Of a DNA stretch of 64,000 bases, positions 49,888-60,308 are shown in pieces. Positions within the stretch are counted from its first letter, which is position 1. Every line of letters begins with the position of its first letter. The position numbers and the translations under genes are program-made. This DNA comes from Pelagomonas calceolata (lineage: Eukaryota). A model generated the notes under the pieces. That model did not search any database. It was not told the origin of the DNA and saw nothing but the letters and a program-made list of their open reading frames with translations. Where the stretch lies: positions 1,860,001-1,924,000 of the forward strand of contig CAKKNE010000001.1 in NCBI GenBank assembly GCA_918797485.1. Reading direction: 5' to 3'.

Positions 49888-51873
49888 ATGGATAGCGCTG
49901 CAAAAACAGCCTCAGAGATGAATAATGACAGTGAAGGAACGGACAGAGCAGCCATCCTAGCCGCTCGCAAGGAGCGCAAGGCCGCTGCAAAAGCGGCAAA
50001 AAAGGACAAGAGTGCGAGGCCGCGGCGCGGCCCGTCGCGCAAGGGCTGCGGCGTGCCGCCGGCCGTCGTCGACGCCATCGATGCGCTGGAACTCGCCCCG
50101 GTCTCCATCGAGGTGGCCCCGCATGCTGCCGCAGCACGAGCATTCACCGCTGCGACCGCGAAGCACCGACGCACGTTCCAGACGACGAATAGGGCGACGC
50201 ATCAGCTGCAGATCGAGTCCCTGGCGTCGCTCGTGGAACGGCGCGGCCTGCTCGAGGGTCACCGCGTGGTCGAACTCGGCGCGGGCAAGGGCCTGCTGGG
50301 CGGCGTCCTGGCGGCGCTCTCCGACACGAAGGCCGTCGCCCTGGACCGGCGGCGAGCGCCGACGACGACCTACAACGACGCGCACATCGTGGCCGACGTC
50401 GAGAAGTGCGACATCGAAGCCGTCGTCGGCGCGACGGGCGGCGAGAAGATCCTGCTCGTGGCCAAGCACTTGTGTGGCAGCGCGTCGGACGCGGCAGTCC
50501 GCGCGGCTGTCAAGCTCGGGCCCCGGAGGGCGTCCCTCGTGCTGGCGCCGTGCTGTCACCCGCAGATCGCCTGGGAGACCTACGCCGGGCGGGCGTGGCT
50601 GGAAGGCCACGGCATTGGCGTGGAGGCCTTCGGGGTCCTGCGCGACGTCGTCCGCGCGACGCGCGCGCCGCGGCCCGAGGACCGGCTTTTTCTCCGGTCC
50701 GGCGATCGCGGCACGCTCGACGCGCGAGAAAGCCGCCGCGTCGGCGTCGTGGCTAGAAGAGCGATCGAAGAAGGTCGGCGCCGCGCGCTCGTGGACGCGG
50801 GATTTGCGGTTCAGGTGGTGAGGTACGCGCCGTTCGAAGTGACGCCTGACCGGTTTGTACTCATAGCGGTCGAGGCGCCGACGCCACCGCGGCCGCCCCC
50901 GGCCTTCGTCGTCGACGACGCCCCTCTCACGGGCTGCGCGCTCCACACGGACAAGATTCTAGGTGCGGACTGTGCGCAACGTGTTGCGGAATACGTCTTG
51001 GAGCGCCACGCCTCGGTCGCGACGACGGCATGGGTGGCGCATCTCCCGGAGCCTCTGGATGCCACTGTGCCGGGCGCGTTCGCTGCGGAGCGGTCCTTCC
51101 CCGTCGTACTCGTCGGTGGTGATTCCAGACGCCTCGTCGCCGCGCTCTCGGCGGACGAGGTCTTATGCCACCGCGCCGATATGATAATACCCTTCGACCG
51201 GCGCGCGTCATCAGCGGCGGAGGTCGTGGCCGCGCTCTCTACAGAATCGTCGACGCGCGTCTTTTGTTTGCCGCGGCAGGACGAGAGCGGGGTCATCGCC
51301 GCCGCTACTGACAGAGGCATAGCTCTGTCGCCGACGCAATTCGCGACGACGGCGTCAATTCTGAGGCTCGATGACGACCAGTGGCTCTTTTCGACGCTCA
51401 GCCGAGCCGAGTGGGACCCCATCGCCTGGCGCGTCGAGCGCATGGGCACCAAGACGCCGGCGTTCCACCCGTGGGCCCGCGAGGCGGTCGCGCGACTGGT
51501 TGGCGATCCACAATGCGCCATCGCCGTGGGTGATAATGGAGGGGCTGTCTCCGAGGCCCTCGCCGCGGCCGGCGTGCTCGTCGCCGTCGCGGGCGGGCCT
51601 TCACCGGACCTCGTCGTCGCGGCGGGCCCGCGCGAGGAGGCTCTTGAGGCGCTCGAATCATTTTGCGAAGCGCGCCAGGCCGACGGGATCCGCTGCCTGG
51701 CCCGCTTACGCTTTGGAGGTCGTATGCCAAGTATGGCCGCGGTCGCCCGGTCCTTGCAGGAGGTCTACGACGACGTTGAAATCGTCCACCTGCTCACGGA
51801 CGCGAAAGCCGAGCGGACGGTGGTGATGACGTGGCGGGACACTTGGAGAAACGAAAGCTACGAGCTAGGATAG
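49888..51873 (+). CDS. Trm13-like tRNA 2'-O-methyltransferase domain protein
   Basis: HQLQIESL, VVELGAGKGLL, VAKHLCGSASD, LAPCCH, AIEEGRRRAL and VVRYAPFEVTP; alternative ATG 49918. Confidence 0.8.
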   Translation: MDSAAKTASEMNNDSEGTDRAAILAARKERKAAAKAAKKDKSARPRRGPSRKGCGVPPAVVDAIDALELAPVSIEVAPHAAAARAFTAATAKHRRTFQTTNRATHQLQIESLASLVERRGLLEGHRVVELGAGKGLLGGVLAALSDTKAVALDRRRAPTTTYNDAHIVADVEKCDIEAVVGATGGEKILLVAKHLCGSASDAAVRAAVKLGPRRASLVLAPCCHPQIAWETYAGRAWLEGHGIGVEAFGVLRDVVRATRAPRPEDRLFLRSGDRGTLDARESRRVGVVARRAIEEGRRRALVDAGFAVQVVRYAPFEVTPDRFVLIAVEAPTPPRPPPAFVVDDAPLTGCALHTDKILGADCAQRVAEYVLERHASVATTAWVAHLPEPLDATVPGAFAAERSFPVVLVGGDSRRLVAALSADEVLCHRADMIIPFDRRASSAAEVVAALSTESSTRVFCLPRQDESGVIAAATDRGIALSPTQFATTASILRLDDDQWLFSTLSRAEWDPIAWRVERMGTKTPAFHPWAREAVARLVGDPQCAIAVGDNGGAVSEALAAAGVLVAVAGGPSPDLVVAAGPREEALEALESFCEARQADGIRCLARLRFGGRMPSMAAVARSLQEVYDDVEIVHLLTDAKAERTVVMTWRDTWRNESYELG

Positions 51874-51958
51874 CGAGACGACGTCGACCCGGGCGGCGCG
51901 GTGAGAGTGTTGTATGTGTAAAAACTTATCGATAAAAACACGAAGCGAGCGACCGAGT

Positions 51959-54709
51959 CTAGAAAAACGAGCGAGTCTTGGCGCGTGCACGCCGCGCGCG
52001 AAGCTTCCGCTTCTGCACGAAGGGGTCGCCGAAGGGCAGGAACTTGTACCTCTCAGGCCAGTACTTGCGCTCGACCTCCTCGCGGAGCGAGGGCTTCGCG
52101 TGCTCGTCGTCGGAGTACTCCGACGAGTCCGAGTCCTTCTGGGGCTTCTTGATGTCGTCGCCCAGATCGTACGCGCGGCGCTTCGCCGGGTCCGAGAGCG
52201 TGTCGAAGGCCTCGCGGACCCTTTGAAAAGCGAGCGTGCTGCCCGTCTTTTTGTCTGGGTGGTATTTCAAAGAACGAAGCCGATACGCCCGTTTCAATTG
52301 CGCCTCGGTCGCGTCCGCGCTGACACCGAGGACCGTGTACAAATCAACGTGCTTGGTCTCGTCAAGAATGTCATCGACGGTCGCCGCAGGTGCAGACGAC
52401 GGCGGCGGCGGCGGCATTGTCGGCTCGCCGTTCGCCCGGCGGCGCTCCCTCGCTTCGGCCCGCGCGAGCCAGTCGACGAGGTCCGGCCAGTTTCGGTCGA
52501 AACGCACGACGGCCACGAACGCATCGACGGCAGGTCTATCCAGCTCCAGTAGGACGCAGGCGCGACGAAACAACGCGCGGGCGTAGCCGGGATACAGCTC
52601 CAAGGCTCGATCGCAGTCCTCCAACGCGGGCACGAGGTCGCGCTTCCTCCGGCGGCAGGCCGCGCGGTTGGAGTAACATACCGCCACAAAAGCCGAGTCC
52701 TCGGATGGAGCCGTCGCGATCGCGTCGCCGTAAAATTCGATCGACGAATCGAGATCTCCCCGCAGATAGGCGTCGTCGGCTTTGTTCTTGAGCGACGCGG
52801 CGCGCGTGCAGGCTCGCAGAACCGACGCCGCCCGCGCGGCGCCCCAGGCGCCCGCCGGCGCCTTTGTTGACGCGGCGCAGAGCGTGGCACTTTTCAGCGT
52901 CACGAGCGCGCTCGTGCGCTGCCGCGGTAGCTCGAGTAAGCCCAAAGTCGTCAGGGCCGCGGCGTTGGTGGACTCTGCTTCGACCGCCCTCAGGGCCTCC
53001 GCGAGCGCCGCCTCGCGTCGGCGACACGCGTCGTAGGCCGCCGCCAGGGCGCACCTCAGTAGCACGGCGTCGCCCTCCTCTAGGGAGGCGAGGCCTCTCG
53101 CGCGCTGCAGCTCGTCGGCGACGACCTGTGCGTTTATGTGTTATCATTATCCGTCGCAAACCATCAATACGCCATCGACGCGACTCGCGGCACCACGGAC
53201 ACGGGATATGACCTGCTTGAGCGCCAGGGCGCCCCGCGCCGCCGCCTCGATCGACGAAGAAAACGCCGCTTCTGCCGCGTCGGCCGCTCTTACACCACAT
53301 ACGCCGCCGCGCACGAGCTCCAGCGGCGACCGGCCCGCCCAGGCGTCGCACGACGACGAAGCTTCGTAGCTGGTCGCCGCACCGTAGTCCTCTAGGAGAT
53401 TATCACGTGCGCCGCGAATCAACTCCTCGTCGACGGCCGCTGCGCCGCGCACGAGCCGCGATGCATACGCCGCGTCCCGCGCTGCCGCCCGGTAGGCGGC
53501 GTCGATCACGGCGCCTTTGGACGGCATCACGTCTCTCGGGTCCAAACCCAGCAACTTGTGGTCGGCGCCGCCGTCGCCGCCGTGAACCTGCCAAAACGCC
53601 ACGGATACGGTGCGGTCATCAACCGCCACGGTATAGCGGCCGGCGCTCCGCGGCTTACCACAAACTCCGGTGCGGCCCGCGAGCTCGAATCCAGTCAGTA
53701 GTTCACAGGAGTCGCCGACGGCCAGATCCCTTGCTCGTTGCGCGGGCACGATCGGCGGCGGCTCCGCCCTCGACGGTTCCTCGGCGTCGTCGTCCTCTTC
53801 GCCGACGATTTCAGCGGCGCCCTCGCCCTCGATGCGGGCCTCGAACGGCCGATCGAAGACAGTGTCGGCTTCGACTTCGTCGGGCATCGACGGCGCCGCG
53901 GCGTGCGGGGCCGCCTCCGACGCATCTGCGGCCCGTAGCCACTTGCCGTCCGCGCGCCGGAGCCACTCGCCCTCCTTCTCGACGATTCTCGCGTAGCGAT
54001 TCGGGGCGAGCGACCCGCACCGGCGGCCGTCCGGCGCCGCGAAGAGCTCCGCGCCCTCGGGTCCCGCGCGGTAGAGCCAGCCCGCTTCCTCTTCGTCCGC
54101 GGCAGCTATCGCTTCGAGTGACGCGGCGGCCAGCCTGGGCAGGTCCTGGCCCGTGCGCGCGCGCTCGACTTTATGCTCGCGCCAGGCGTGGGAACGTAAC
54201 AAGTCACGCGTAATCGCGGCGTCGAGGAGAGCTATCAATTGCCACGGCAACTCGTCCTCGAGCTCCTCCTCGGACTTGCCAGCGACGAGGCTCGTGGCGT
54301 CCGGGATGTGCCCGTCGCCGACAGCACCACTCGTAGCATGAGACCAGCGCACCCCGGCGCCTGGAATCAACGTGTCGCCCTCGTGCGTGAACCGGTCCAC
54401 ACGCTGCGCATCGATGAAGCGCCACTCGTACGTATCGTCCTCATAATCACTGGAGTCATCGTCGTCGCCCCCCGTCGCGCAGAGCGCCAACGTCCAGCCG
54501 CCCTCCTGGTGCGCGTAGGCCATCGCGACGTGGTGCCGCGGGAGAACGAATCTATTTGTCCGGACGTAAATGCCGTTCAAATCATCGATCGACGAGCCGG
54601 CGACGAAGAAGCCCACGGCCGGGTCGTCGACGTAGACGCTGCCTCTGGCTCGTCTGCCTCGACTTGGTGCGCTGTACTCCTGCAGGGCGCCGGGGCCAAC
54701 CAGGGCCAT
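51959..54709 (-). CDS. TPR and J-domain co-chaperone, 2 exons (54709-53213, 53125-51959)
   Basis: TPR CYSNRAAC...ALEDCDRALELYPGYARALFRRA; J domain LKRAYRLRSLKYHPDK; intron 53126-53212 joins ALKQ to VVADEL in frame. Confidence 0.85.
53126..53212 (-). mobile_element. Degenerate introner-like intron
   Basis: Minus strand GTCATATC-CCGTGT...GTCGCGTCGATGGCGT...ACGCACAG then GTCGTCGC (partial TSD). Confidence 0.65.
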
Positions 54710-54855
54710 TGCTGCTCTGCAGCACTTCGAAGAGGTGCCGAGAGCTGCCCACAGCCGAGAGCTGCTCACAGTAGGTGCCGAGAGCTCCTCACGGCCAATC
54801 TTTTCAATGAATGCTTGCCCTGAGCGCGAGTTTAAGCTGCCAAAAGCCGGGCCTG

Positions 54856-54876
54856 CTAGTGTCTTACAGCCGCTAG
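54856..54876 (+). promoter_or_regulatory. CTAG-box motif copy
   Basis: CTAGTGTCTTACAGCCGCTAG, identical to the 705-725 copy. Confidence 0.65.
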
Positions 54877-55272
54877 CCTGCGAGGCCCGGGTTAAGTTTT
54901 TTTAGGCGTCGTTATCACGCCACTTGCGCGCGGAGCGACACCCCTCGTGTGTCTCTAAATCAACGACAAAACACGCGGCCCGGCCCGCGCGACATCAAAA
55001 CTAGTTACTGGCATTTTTGGCTGGCATAGATTAATGAACGCCGCGGCGAGGGACGAGGAAGTCGACGAAGCCGTAGCGGCCGTCGCCGGCCACGCGCACG
55101 TCGCGGCGGGCCGGCCCGACGTACGCGAAGATCACGCGGAGGGCGACGCGACCGCGCGCGAGGCGCTCCTCTTCGCGGGCGCGCGATAATCGAACTAGGC
55201 GAACCGCTCTTTTGGGCGAAGCTCGCGCGTTTCTTTTGGGAACTGCTATGTCTGATAGCATCCGGCGTCTCC

Positions 55273-57054
55273 ATGGCTTACGCCGCGATGCGGCCCGGAT
55301 TCCTACCGTTCGTGCTCGGCAGTGCTTGCGGCGGCGCGGGCGTCGTGATCTGGGGCTGGGCTAGAATACGCAACGCCCGCCGCAAAGCACAGAGAGACGT
55401 CCGGGAGGCGGAGGACACCGTCGCAAAACACAAGGCCGCGGCAGATGATGCTAGGAAGGCCCGCGAGTCAGCAGACGCGCGGGCGGCCGCGGCCGTCAAG
55501 GACGTGGCGTCTGCCGAGGCGCGGCTCCGCGCGGCCGAGCTCGCGCGAGACGACGCCGTCGCGCGGGCCGCGGCCGAGGTCGCGCGGGCCGACGACGGCA
55601 CCGACGGCGCCGAGCGCTGGGCGGCAAGGTTGGCCGAGGCTGATATACGCCGAGCCGCCGAGCGCGAGAAGCTGTGCGAAGACGTCGCGGCGGCACACGC
55701 GGAGCGCGACGCCGCCCGTGCGGCTCTGGTCGGCCGCGCCGAGCTCGAGCCGCGCCTCCGTCTAGCACTGGAACGGCGCAAGCTCGGCACCGTTGCGGAC
55801 AAATTTGTGGTTGAGGGCATCCTCGACGCGACCGCGGCGCGGCGGCTCACGGACGACGACTTCCAACGGTTCGGCTACTTGTCGTTCTCGTTATCAAGCG
55901 GGCCCGTCGCCGACATCCGCGCGGCCGTGAACGAGGCGTTCGGCGCCGATTTGATCCTGGATGCCGGCGATCCGCCCAAGGATCTATTATGCCCGCTCAC
56001 TTTAGATTTGTTCGAAGATCCAGTGGTCGCGACCGACGGCCACACCTACGAACGCGCGGCCATCGAGAAGTGGTTCGCGAGCAAGACGACGTCGCCGCTG
56101 ACGAACGCGCGCATCACGACGGAACTCGTGCCGGCCCATTGCGTGCGATCTTTGGCTGATAGATATCGCGTGACGGTCGCGGATCCGCCCGCTCCGGCGC
56201 CGGCGCCGGCCGCGCCGGACTTCACGACGCCGCTCCTGGCGAACAGCCGCGCGCCATCGCGCGCCGTCGAAGCGGCCCGGGGTCGCCTCGAAGCGGCCGA
56301 GCGTGTCGCCGAAGCGACCGGGCGCGGCCTCGAAGAGGCCCGGCGTCGCCTCGAAGCGGCCCGGCGTCGCGTCGAAGCGGCCGGTGGCGTCGAGGCGGCC
56401 GGGGGTGGCGCCGCCGCGCCCGCGCCGGCCGTGGCGGCGACACCCGCGATCGTCGATCAAGAAGAGGAAGCCTCAAGCTCAGGGTCGTCAGTGGGCATGT
56501 ACACCATTGAGGAGTCTCAGGAATGGAGCCGCGCCGAAGAAGAGCACTTACGCGGCGGCGGCGGCGCGCCGCCGCCGTTGAGCGAGCTCGGCCTGCCCTC
56601 GGACTCGTACGAATCAGACGACTCGGGCGGCTCGTCGTCGTCGGCGCCGTCCTTGGTGCCGATCCCGTCGGCGGCTGATCGAAGCGCGGCGGCGGGAATT
56701 TCGGACACGGACGCGGACTCGTCCGCGAGCACGGACTCGAGCGACTCCGGCTCGTCGTCGTCATCAGCGCCGGCCGCGGCACCGCTGGCCTCGCCGCGCT
56801 CGCGGCGGGCGGCCCAAGCCGCGCGGGCGGCCGAGCTGCGCGCGCTGGCCGCGGCGACGAACTCCGAGGTCGACGTACCGGTGCGCGACGCCGCCGCGCC
56901 GGCGACGCCCGCGCCGCGGCCGCCGGCCCAGCTCGTCATGGGCGGACCGCTACCTAGACAACCGGCGCGGGTCGCGAGCGACCCCGAGCTCGTCGTCGGG
57001 ACGGACCCGGAGATGGAGCACCCGCCGGCCGTGACGCCTGACGCTACGAACTAA
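55273..57054 (+). CDS. Membrane-anchored U-box protein (putative E3 ligase)
   Basis: N-terminal hydrophobic segment, coiled-coil, PKDLLCPLTLDLFEDPVVATDGHTYERAAIEKWF...SPLTN U-box; 21-nt coding minisatellite at about 56263-56403. Confidence 0.88.
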   Translation: MAYAAMRPGFLPFVLGSACGGAGVVIWGWARIRNARRKAQRDVREAEDTVAKHKAAADDARKARESADARAAAAVKDVASAEARLRAAELARDDAVARAAAEVARADDGTDGAERWAARLAEADIRRAAEREKLCEDVAAAHAERDAARAALVGRAELEPRLRLALERRKLGTVADKFVVEGILDATAARRLTDDDFQRFGYLSFSLSSGPVADIRAAVNEAFGADLILDAGDPPKDLLCPLTLDLFEDPVVATDGHTYERAAIEKWFASKTTSPLTNARITTELVPAHCVRSLADRYRVTVADPPAPAPAPAAPDFTTPLLANSRAPSRAVEAARGRLEAAERVAEATGRGLEEARRRLEAARRRVEAAGGVEAAGGGAAAPAPAVAATPAIVDQEEEASSSGSSVGMYTIEESQEWSRAEEEHLRGGGGAPPPLSELGLPSDSYESDDSGGSSSSAPSLVPIPSAADRSAAAGISDTDADSSASTDSSDSGSSSSSAPAAAPLASPRSRRAAQAARAAELRALAAATNSEVDVPVRDAAAPATPAPRPPAQLVMGGPLPRQPARVASDPELVVGTDPEMEHPPAVTPDATN

Positions 57055-57081
57055 GTACTTTACACACGAGTCGACGAACGA

Positions 57082-57561
57082 TCACATAACCTCACAGCAG
57101 AACCCCATCCTCCCATGCATTTTCAATTGATCGGACTGCGACGGCGTCGTCTCCGCGATCAACCGCCGCCACAGGTTGACCGCCGCCCGCAGCTCGTCGC
57201 GCGAGATCGTCTGCTCGTCGCCGTCGATATCGACCTCGCCCAGGATGAAATGCGCGTCGGCCAAGGACGGCCAGCCCGGCCGCTTCCCCCTCCGCACGTG
57301 CGGCGGGATGAAGTGCTCCAGTAATTTGACGAGCTCGTCCGCGTCGATTAAGTTGTTGTGGTCCGTGTCATACCTCGCGAAGAGCGCGTCGAGCTTATCG
57401 TCGAAGGTCGGCTCCGGCGCGACCTTGTGTATACCTAAAAGCTTCCGCGACGACTCGCGCAACTTTTGGAGGCGCTTTCTTAGTCTCGCGTTCTTCGAGA
57501 GTTCTGCTTGCTTTCTTCGTACCCTTACGACGCGGACGCCGACTTGCGCTGGGGCGGGCAT
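57082..57561 (-). CDS. EF-hand protein with CaaX box
   Basis: DTDHNNLIDADE and DIDGDEQTISRDE loops; C-terminus CCEVM. Confidence 0.8.
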   Translation of the reverse strand: MPAPAQVGVRVVRVRRKQAELSKNARLRKRLQKLRESSRKLLGIHKVAPEPTFDDKLDALFARYDTDHNNLIDADELVKLLEHFIPPHVRRGKRPGWPSLADAHFILGEVDIDGDEQTISRDELRAAVNLWRRLIAETTPSQSDQLKMHGRMGFCCEVM

Positions 57562-57769
57562 GGTCTTGGCTCACCGATGCGGCGATGGCGTGCTGCTTGT
57601 TGCCAGGCGTTGTGATGTGCTGTGGTTGTGTGGACTGCTGTGCGGGGGCAGCCTCTACTGCCTACCGCGGCGGCAGGGCAGCTCCAACGACACCGTGCGG
57701 ACGGCGTGGGGCCGAGACTCTGAGCTCACGCTGCGTGCACGTGGACAACGCCGGAAAAATGATGGGAAA

Positions 57770-57789
57770 ATAGTGTGTCAATACGCTAG
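57770..57789 (+). promoter_or_regulatory. Degenerate CTAG-box motif copy
   Basis: ATAGTGTGTCAATACGCTAG in a divergent promoter. Confidence 0.45.
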
Positions 57790-57997
57790 TTAATTCCTGA
57801 TTTGACTCGCGCCGATTGCGCCATAAACGCGAACCGGTTATCGCAGGGCTTGCCGCGGAATCTCTACGCTCACTACAGAAGCGCTGTGAACACCTGCACC
57901 TGTGTACGGACTGTACACACTTGCTGCTCTCAAGTGCTGCTCTGGCACTGTGCCTCGCCGCAGCGCTAAGCACGCTGCCGCGACGAGTCATCACAAG

Positions 57998-58837
57998 CTG
58001 GCTCGCGTCGCACTCCTCGCAACGTCGGCCGCCGCCCTCAGCATGCAGTCGTCCCCAGCATTTTCAAGAAATATAGAACCAATAGCCGACGCCATGGCCG
58101 CGCAGGGCTTTGATAGATGCGAGTTCCTGTTAGAACTAGGCTGCGGCCCCGGCGAGCACGTCGTAGAATTCGCAAAGAGATGGGAGGAACCGTTCTTCCA
58201 GCCCACGGACTGTAGCAGGGCAGCCATTACGTCCACGGATCTGCGCGCGAGGGAGGCGGGGCTGCGCGCTACGAGAATCTGTCCCGCGCGCATCGTCGAC
58301 GTGGCGGAAGATGAATGGCCGCAGGTCGAGGGCGATCCACCATATGACGGTATCTACTCAATAAATGTGGTACATATCATGGCGAAGACTGCCATTCCTT
58401 CGTTCTTCGCGGGCTGCGGCCGGAATTTGAGGCCCGGAGGTCTCCTTGGATTGTACGACACCTGGACGTTTGATGGTGAGTTCGTGGGGCCGAACAACCA
58501 GCGCTTTGATCAATCATTACGCTCACAGGGCTACGGCGGCGTCTCTTCGATTGAAGAGTGTGATCAAGCGGCATCAAAGGCGGGCCTGGAGAGAATTGAC
58601 GTGTCATATTTGCCGGCGAACAACCAGTTCGTCACGTACCGCAAGATTGACGACGGTGATATTACACCCGCGTCCCTCGAGTTCCGGGAAGCGGTCATGA
58701 GGGCGGATCTGCAGGAGGAGGATGCAAGGGCTCCTCCCCTACCGATGGGTCCATCCCCAGATGACTACACGGGCGAGCTGCCGGTCGCCGGCGCCGAGGG
58801 CTTCGCCGACGGTGTGGGTGGCGAGGACGATCTGTGA
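57998..58837 (+). CDS. METTL26/DUF938 methyltransferase; start CTG 57998 or ATG 58043
   Basis: SPAFSRNIEPI, LLELGCGPGEH, FQPTD, INVVHI, NQRFDQSLRS and LPANN motifs. Confidence 0.85.
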   Translation: MARVALLATSAAALSMQSSPAFSRNIEPIADAMAAQGFDRCEFLLELGCGPGEHVVEFAKRWEEPFFQPTDCSRAAITSTDLRAREAGLRATRICPARIVDVAEDEWPQVEGDPPYDGIYSINVVHIMAKTAIPSFFAGCGRNLRPGGLLGLYDTWTFDGEFVGPNNQRFDQSLRSQGYGGVSSIEECDQAASKAGLERIDVSYLPANNQFVTYRKIDDGDITPASLEFREAVMRADLQEEDARAPPLPMGPSPDDYTGELPVAGAEGFADGVGGEDDL

Positions 58838-58935
58838 CTGTCGTCGACGCCGTCGACGCGACAAAAAATATAACTAAGTTTTCCTGTTTTTTACTTGTAT
58901 GCCACTGCGCTTCTCGCAGTAGTCCTACTCGTCGT

Positions 58936-59934
58936 CTACTCGTCCATGACGAACGCCGGCGCGCCCTTCTTGCGCTGGCGGATCTCGCGTTTGGTGGACG
59001 CTTTTAGGGGAGACGCGGCTTCCTGTCGCGTCGACTGCCACTTGTCGAAGTTCTCCTTGAGGTAGCATTTTGTGGAGAGCAACTTGTGCTGCTCGCTCCC
59101 GGACAGCGCGTCCCAGGCATCCGCACCTCCTAAGTAGCCCTCGATGACCTCCTGGGCCTCGTCGGCGTCCAGCACTTGACCAGAGGCGATCTTCTTCTTC
59201 AGCTCCGAAGATCTAGCCCCGGACTTGAACATGCTGAGAGGATACAGAGCGACCTTGACGAATAAATTGTCTCTCAACGAGGGAAAGGCGTACTCATCAG
59301 GTAGCTCTGATTTGGCGACTAATTTCTGTAACGTTTCCTTGAGAAACGCCTTTTCCTCTTGGGACGTCATTTTTGTTTTTTTGCCCTTCTTTCGCTTTTT
59401 GCTCTCCTCGGCCACAATCTCGTCGGCCTCCTTCCGGAACACGGCACCTTCGGGCGCTCTCGCTAATGCTGCTTTCACTAAAGCTTTGGTGTACTCCTGG
59501 TACTTGCTATATTGGAGCGCCGGCTGGACCAATGCCGCGAACACTAGTAGGATGAAAAGGACACCCTTCAGACTGGTTTTAGGAGCGTAGGAGAAGTCGA
59601 CGAAGGTACCATACAGCGACCAGTACTCGGACGGGTTTTCCGTGTAGTAGTCCAATTTTTTGCGCTGCTCGTCGTCCGTGAGCACCTCGTTGGCCCGCGC
59701 GACGCGGTTGAACTTCCTTAATGCCCTCTGATCACCGGGGTTCTTGTCCGGGTGGAACTCGAGACTGAGGCTTCGGTAAGCTCGTCGGATCTGCGCCTTC
59801 GTCGCGTTCGGGAAGAGACCGAGCTCGGTGTAGCAGTCGGGCACGCCGCAGAACTTCTCCCACTTGTCCTCGAACTTCGGGGTCGCCGCGGTGGCCGTGG
59901 TTATTAATGCGGCTAGCGCCGCTACCCGCCTCAT
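58936..59934 (-). CDS. ER membrane J-domain protein (DNAJC25-like)
   Basis: Signal peptide; FCGVPDCYTELG...AYRSLSLEFHPDKN; YAPKTSLKGVLFILLVF TM. Confidence 0.88.
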   Translation of the reverse strand: MRRVAALAALITTATAATPKFEDKWEKFCGVPDCYTELGLFPNATKAQIRRAYRSLSLEFHPDKNPGDQRALRKFNRVARANEVLTDDEQRKKLDYYTENPSEYWSLYGTFVDFSYAPKTSLKGVLFILLVFAALVQPALQYSKYQEYTKALVKAALARAPEGAVFRKEADEIVAEESKKRKKGKKTKMTSQEEKAFLKETLQKLVAKSELPDEYAFPSLRDNLFVKVALYPLSMFKSGARSSELKKKIASGQVLDADEAQEVIEGYLGGADAWDALSGSEQHKLLSTKCYLKENFDKWQSTRQEAASPLKASTKREIRQRKKGAPAFVMDE

Positions 59935-60199
59935 TGTAGCTGCGGTAGCAGTGTGTTTCACTCCAAAGCGGCGGCGCGCGCGGCTGGTGGCGACGGCTCG
60001 CCTGTTCTACTGCTGGGACGCGTTGCCACGCCTGTCCTCGAGAGCTGGCACTGCGTGTGCAGCCCGCAGCGGCTCCAAGTGTCGTCTCGCCGGCAGCAAC
60101 AAGTCTGCCTGAGAGCCTCAGCGATGCGGGTCTTTTGCTCAATCTACGCCGTCTGCAGCAAGCAAGAGGGCTCCCTGGAGACGCCTCGGCCCGGGACGG

Positions 60200-60221
60200 C
60201 TATCGTGCAGAGGGACACTAG
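60200..60221 (-). promoter_or_regulatory. Degenerate CTAG-box motif copy
   Basis: Reverse complement CTAGTGTCCCTCTGCACGATAG in a divergent promoter. Confidence 0.4.
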
Positions 60222-60308
60222 CTGCGATTGCATGCCTGCCTCTGCGACTCAGCCTTGCTTTTTGCTGCACGAATAGCTGACCTGTGCAAGTAGCGCTCGC
60301 ATTGCAGG

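Noticed and set aside
55031..55261. 76-aa minus-strand ORF
   Set aside because: Starts 12 bp from the divergent U-box ATG and has no recognisable domain; at most a gene remnant
56263..56403. 21-nt minisatellite in the U-box gene and 18-nt repeats at about 37965-38096 as mobile or CRISPR-like arrays
   Set aside because: In-frame coding repeats producing heptad or Pro-rich linkers, without unique spacers
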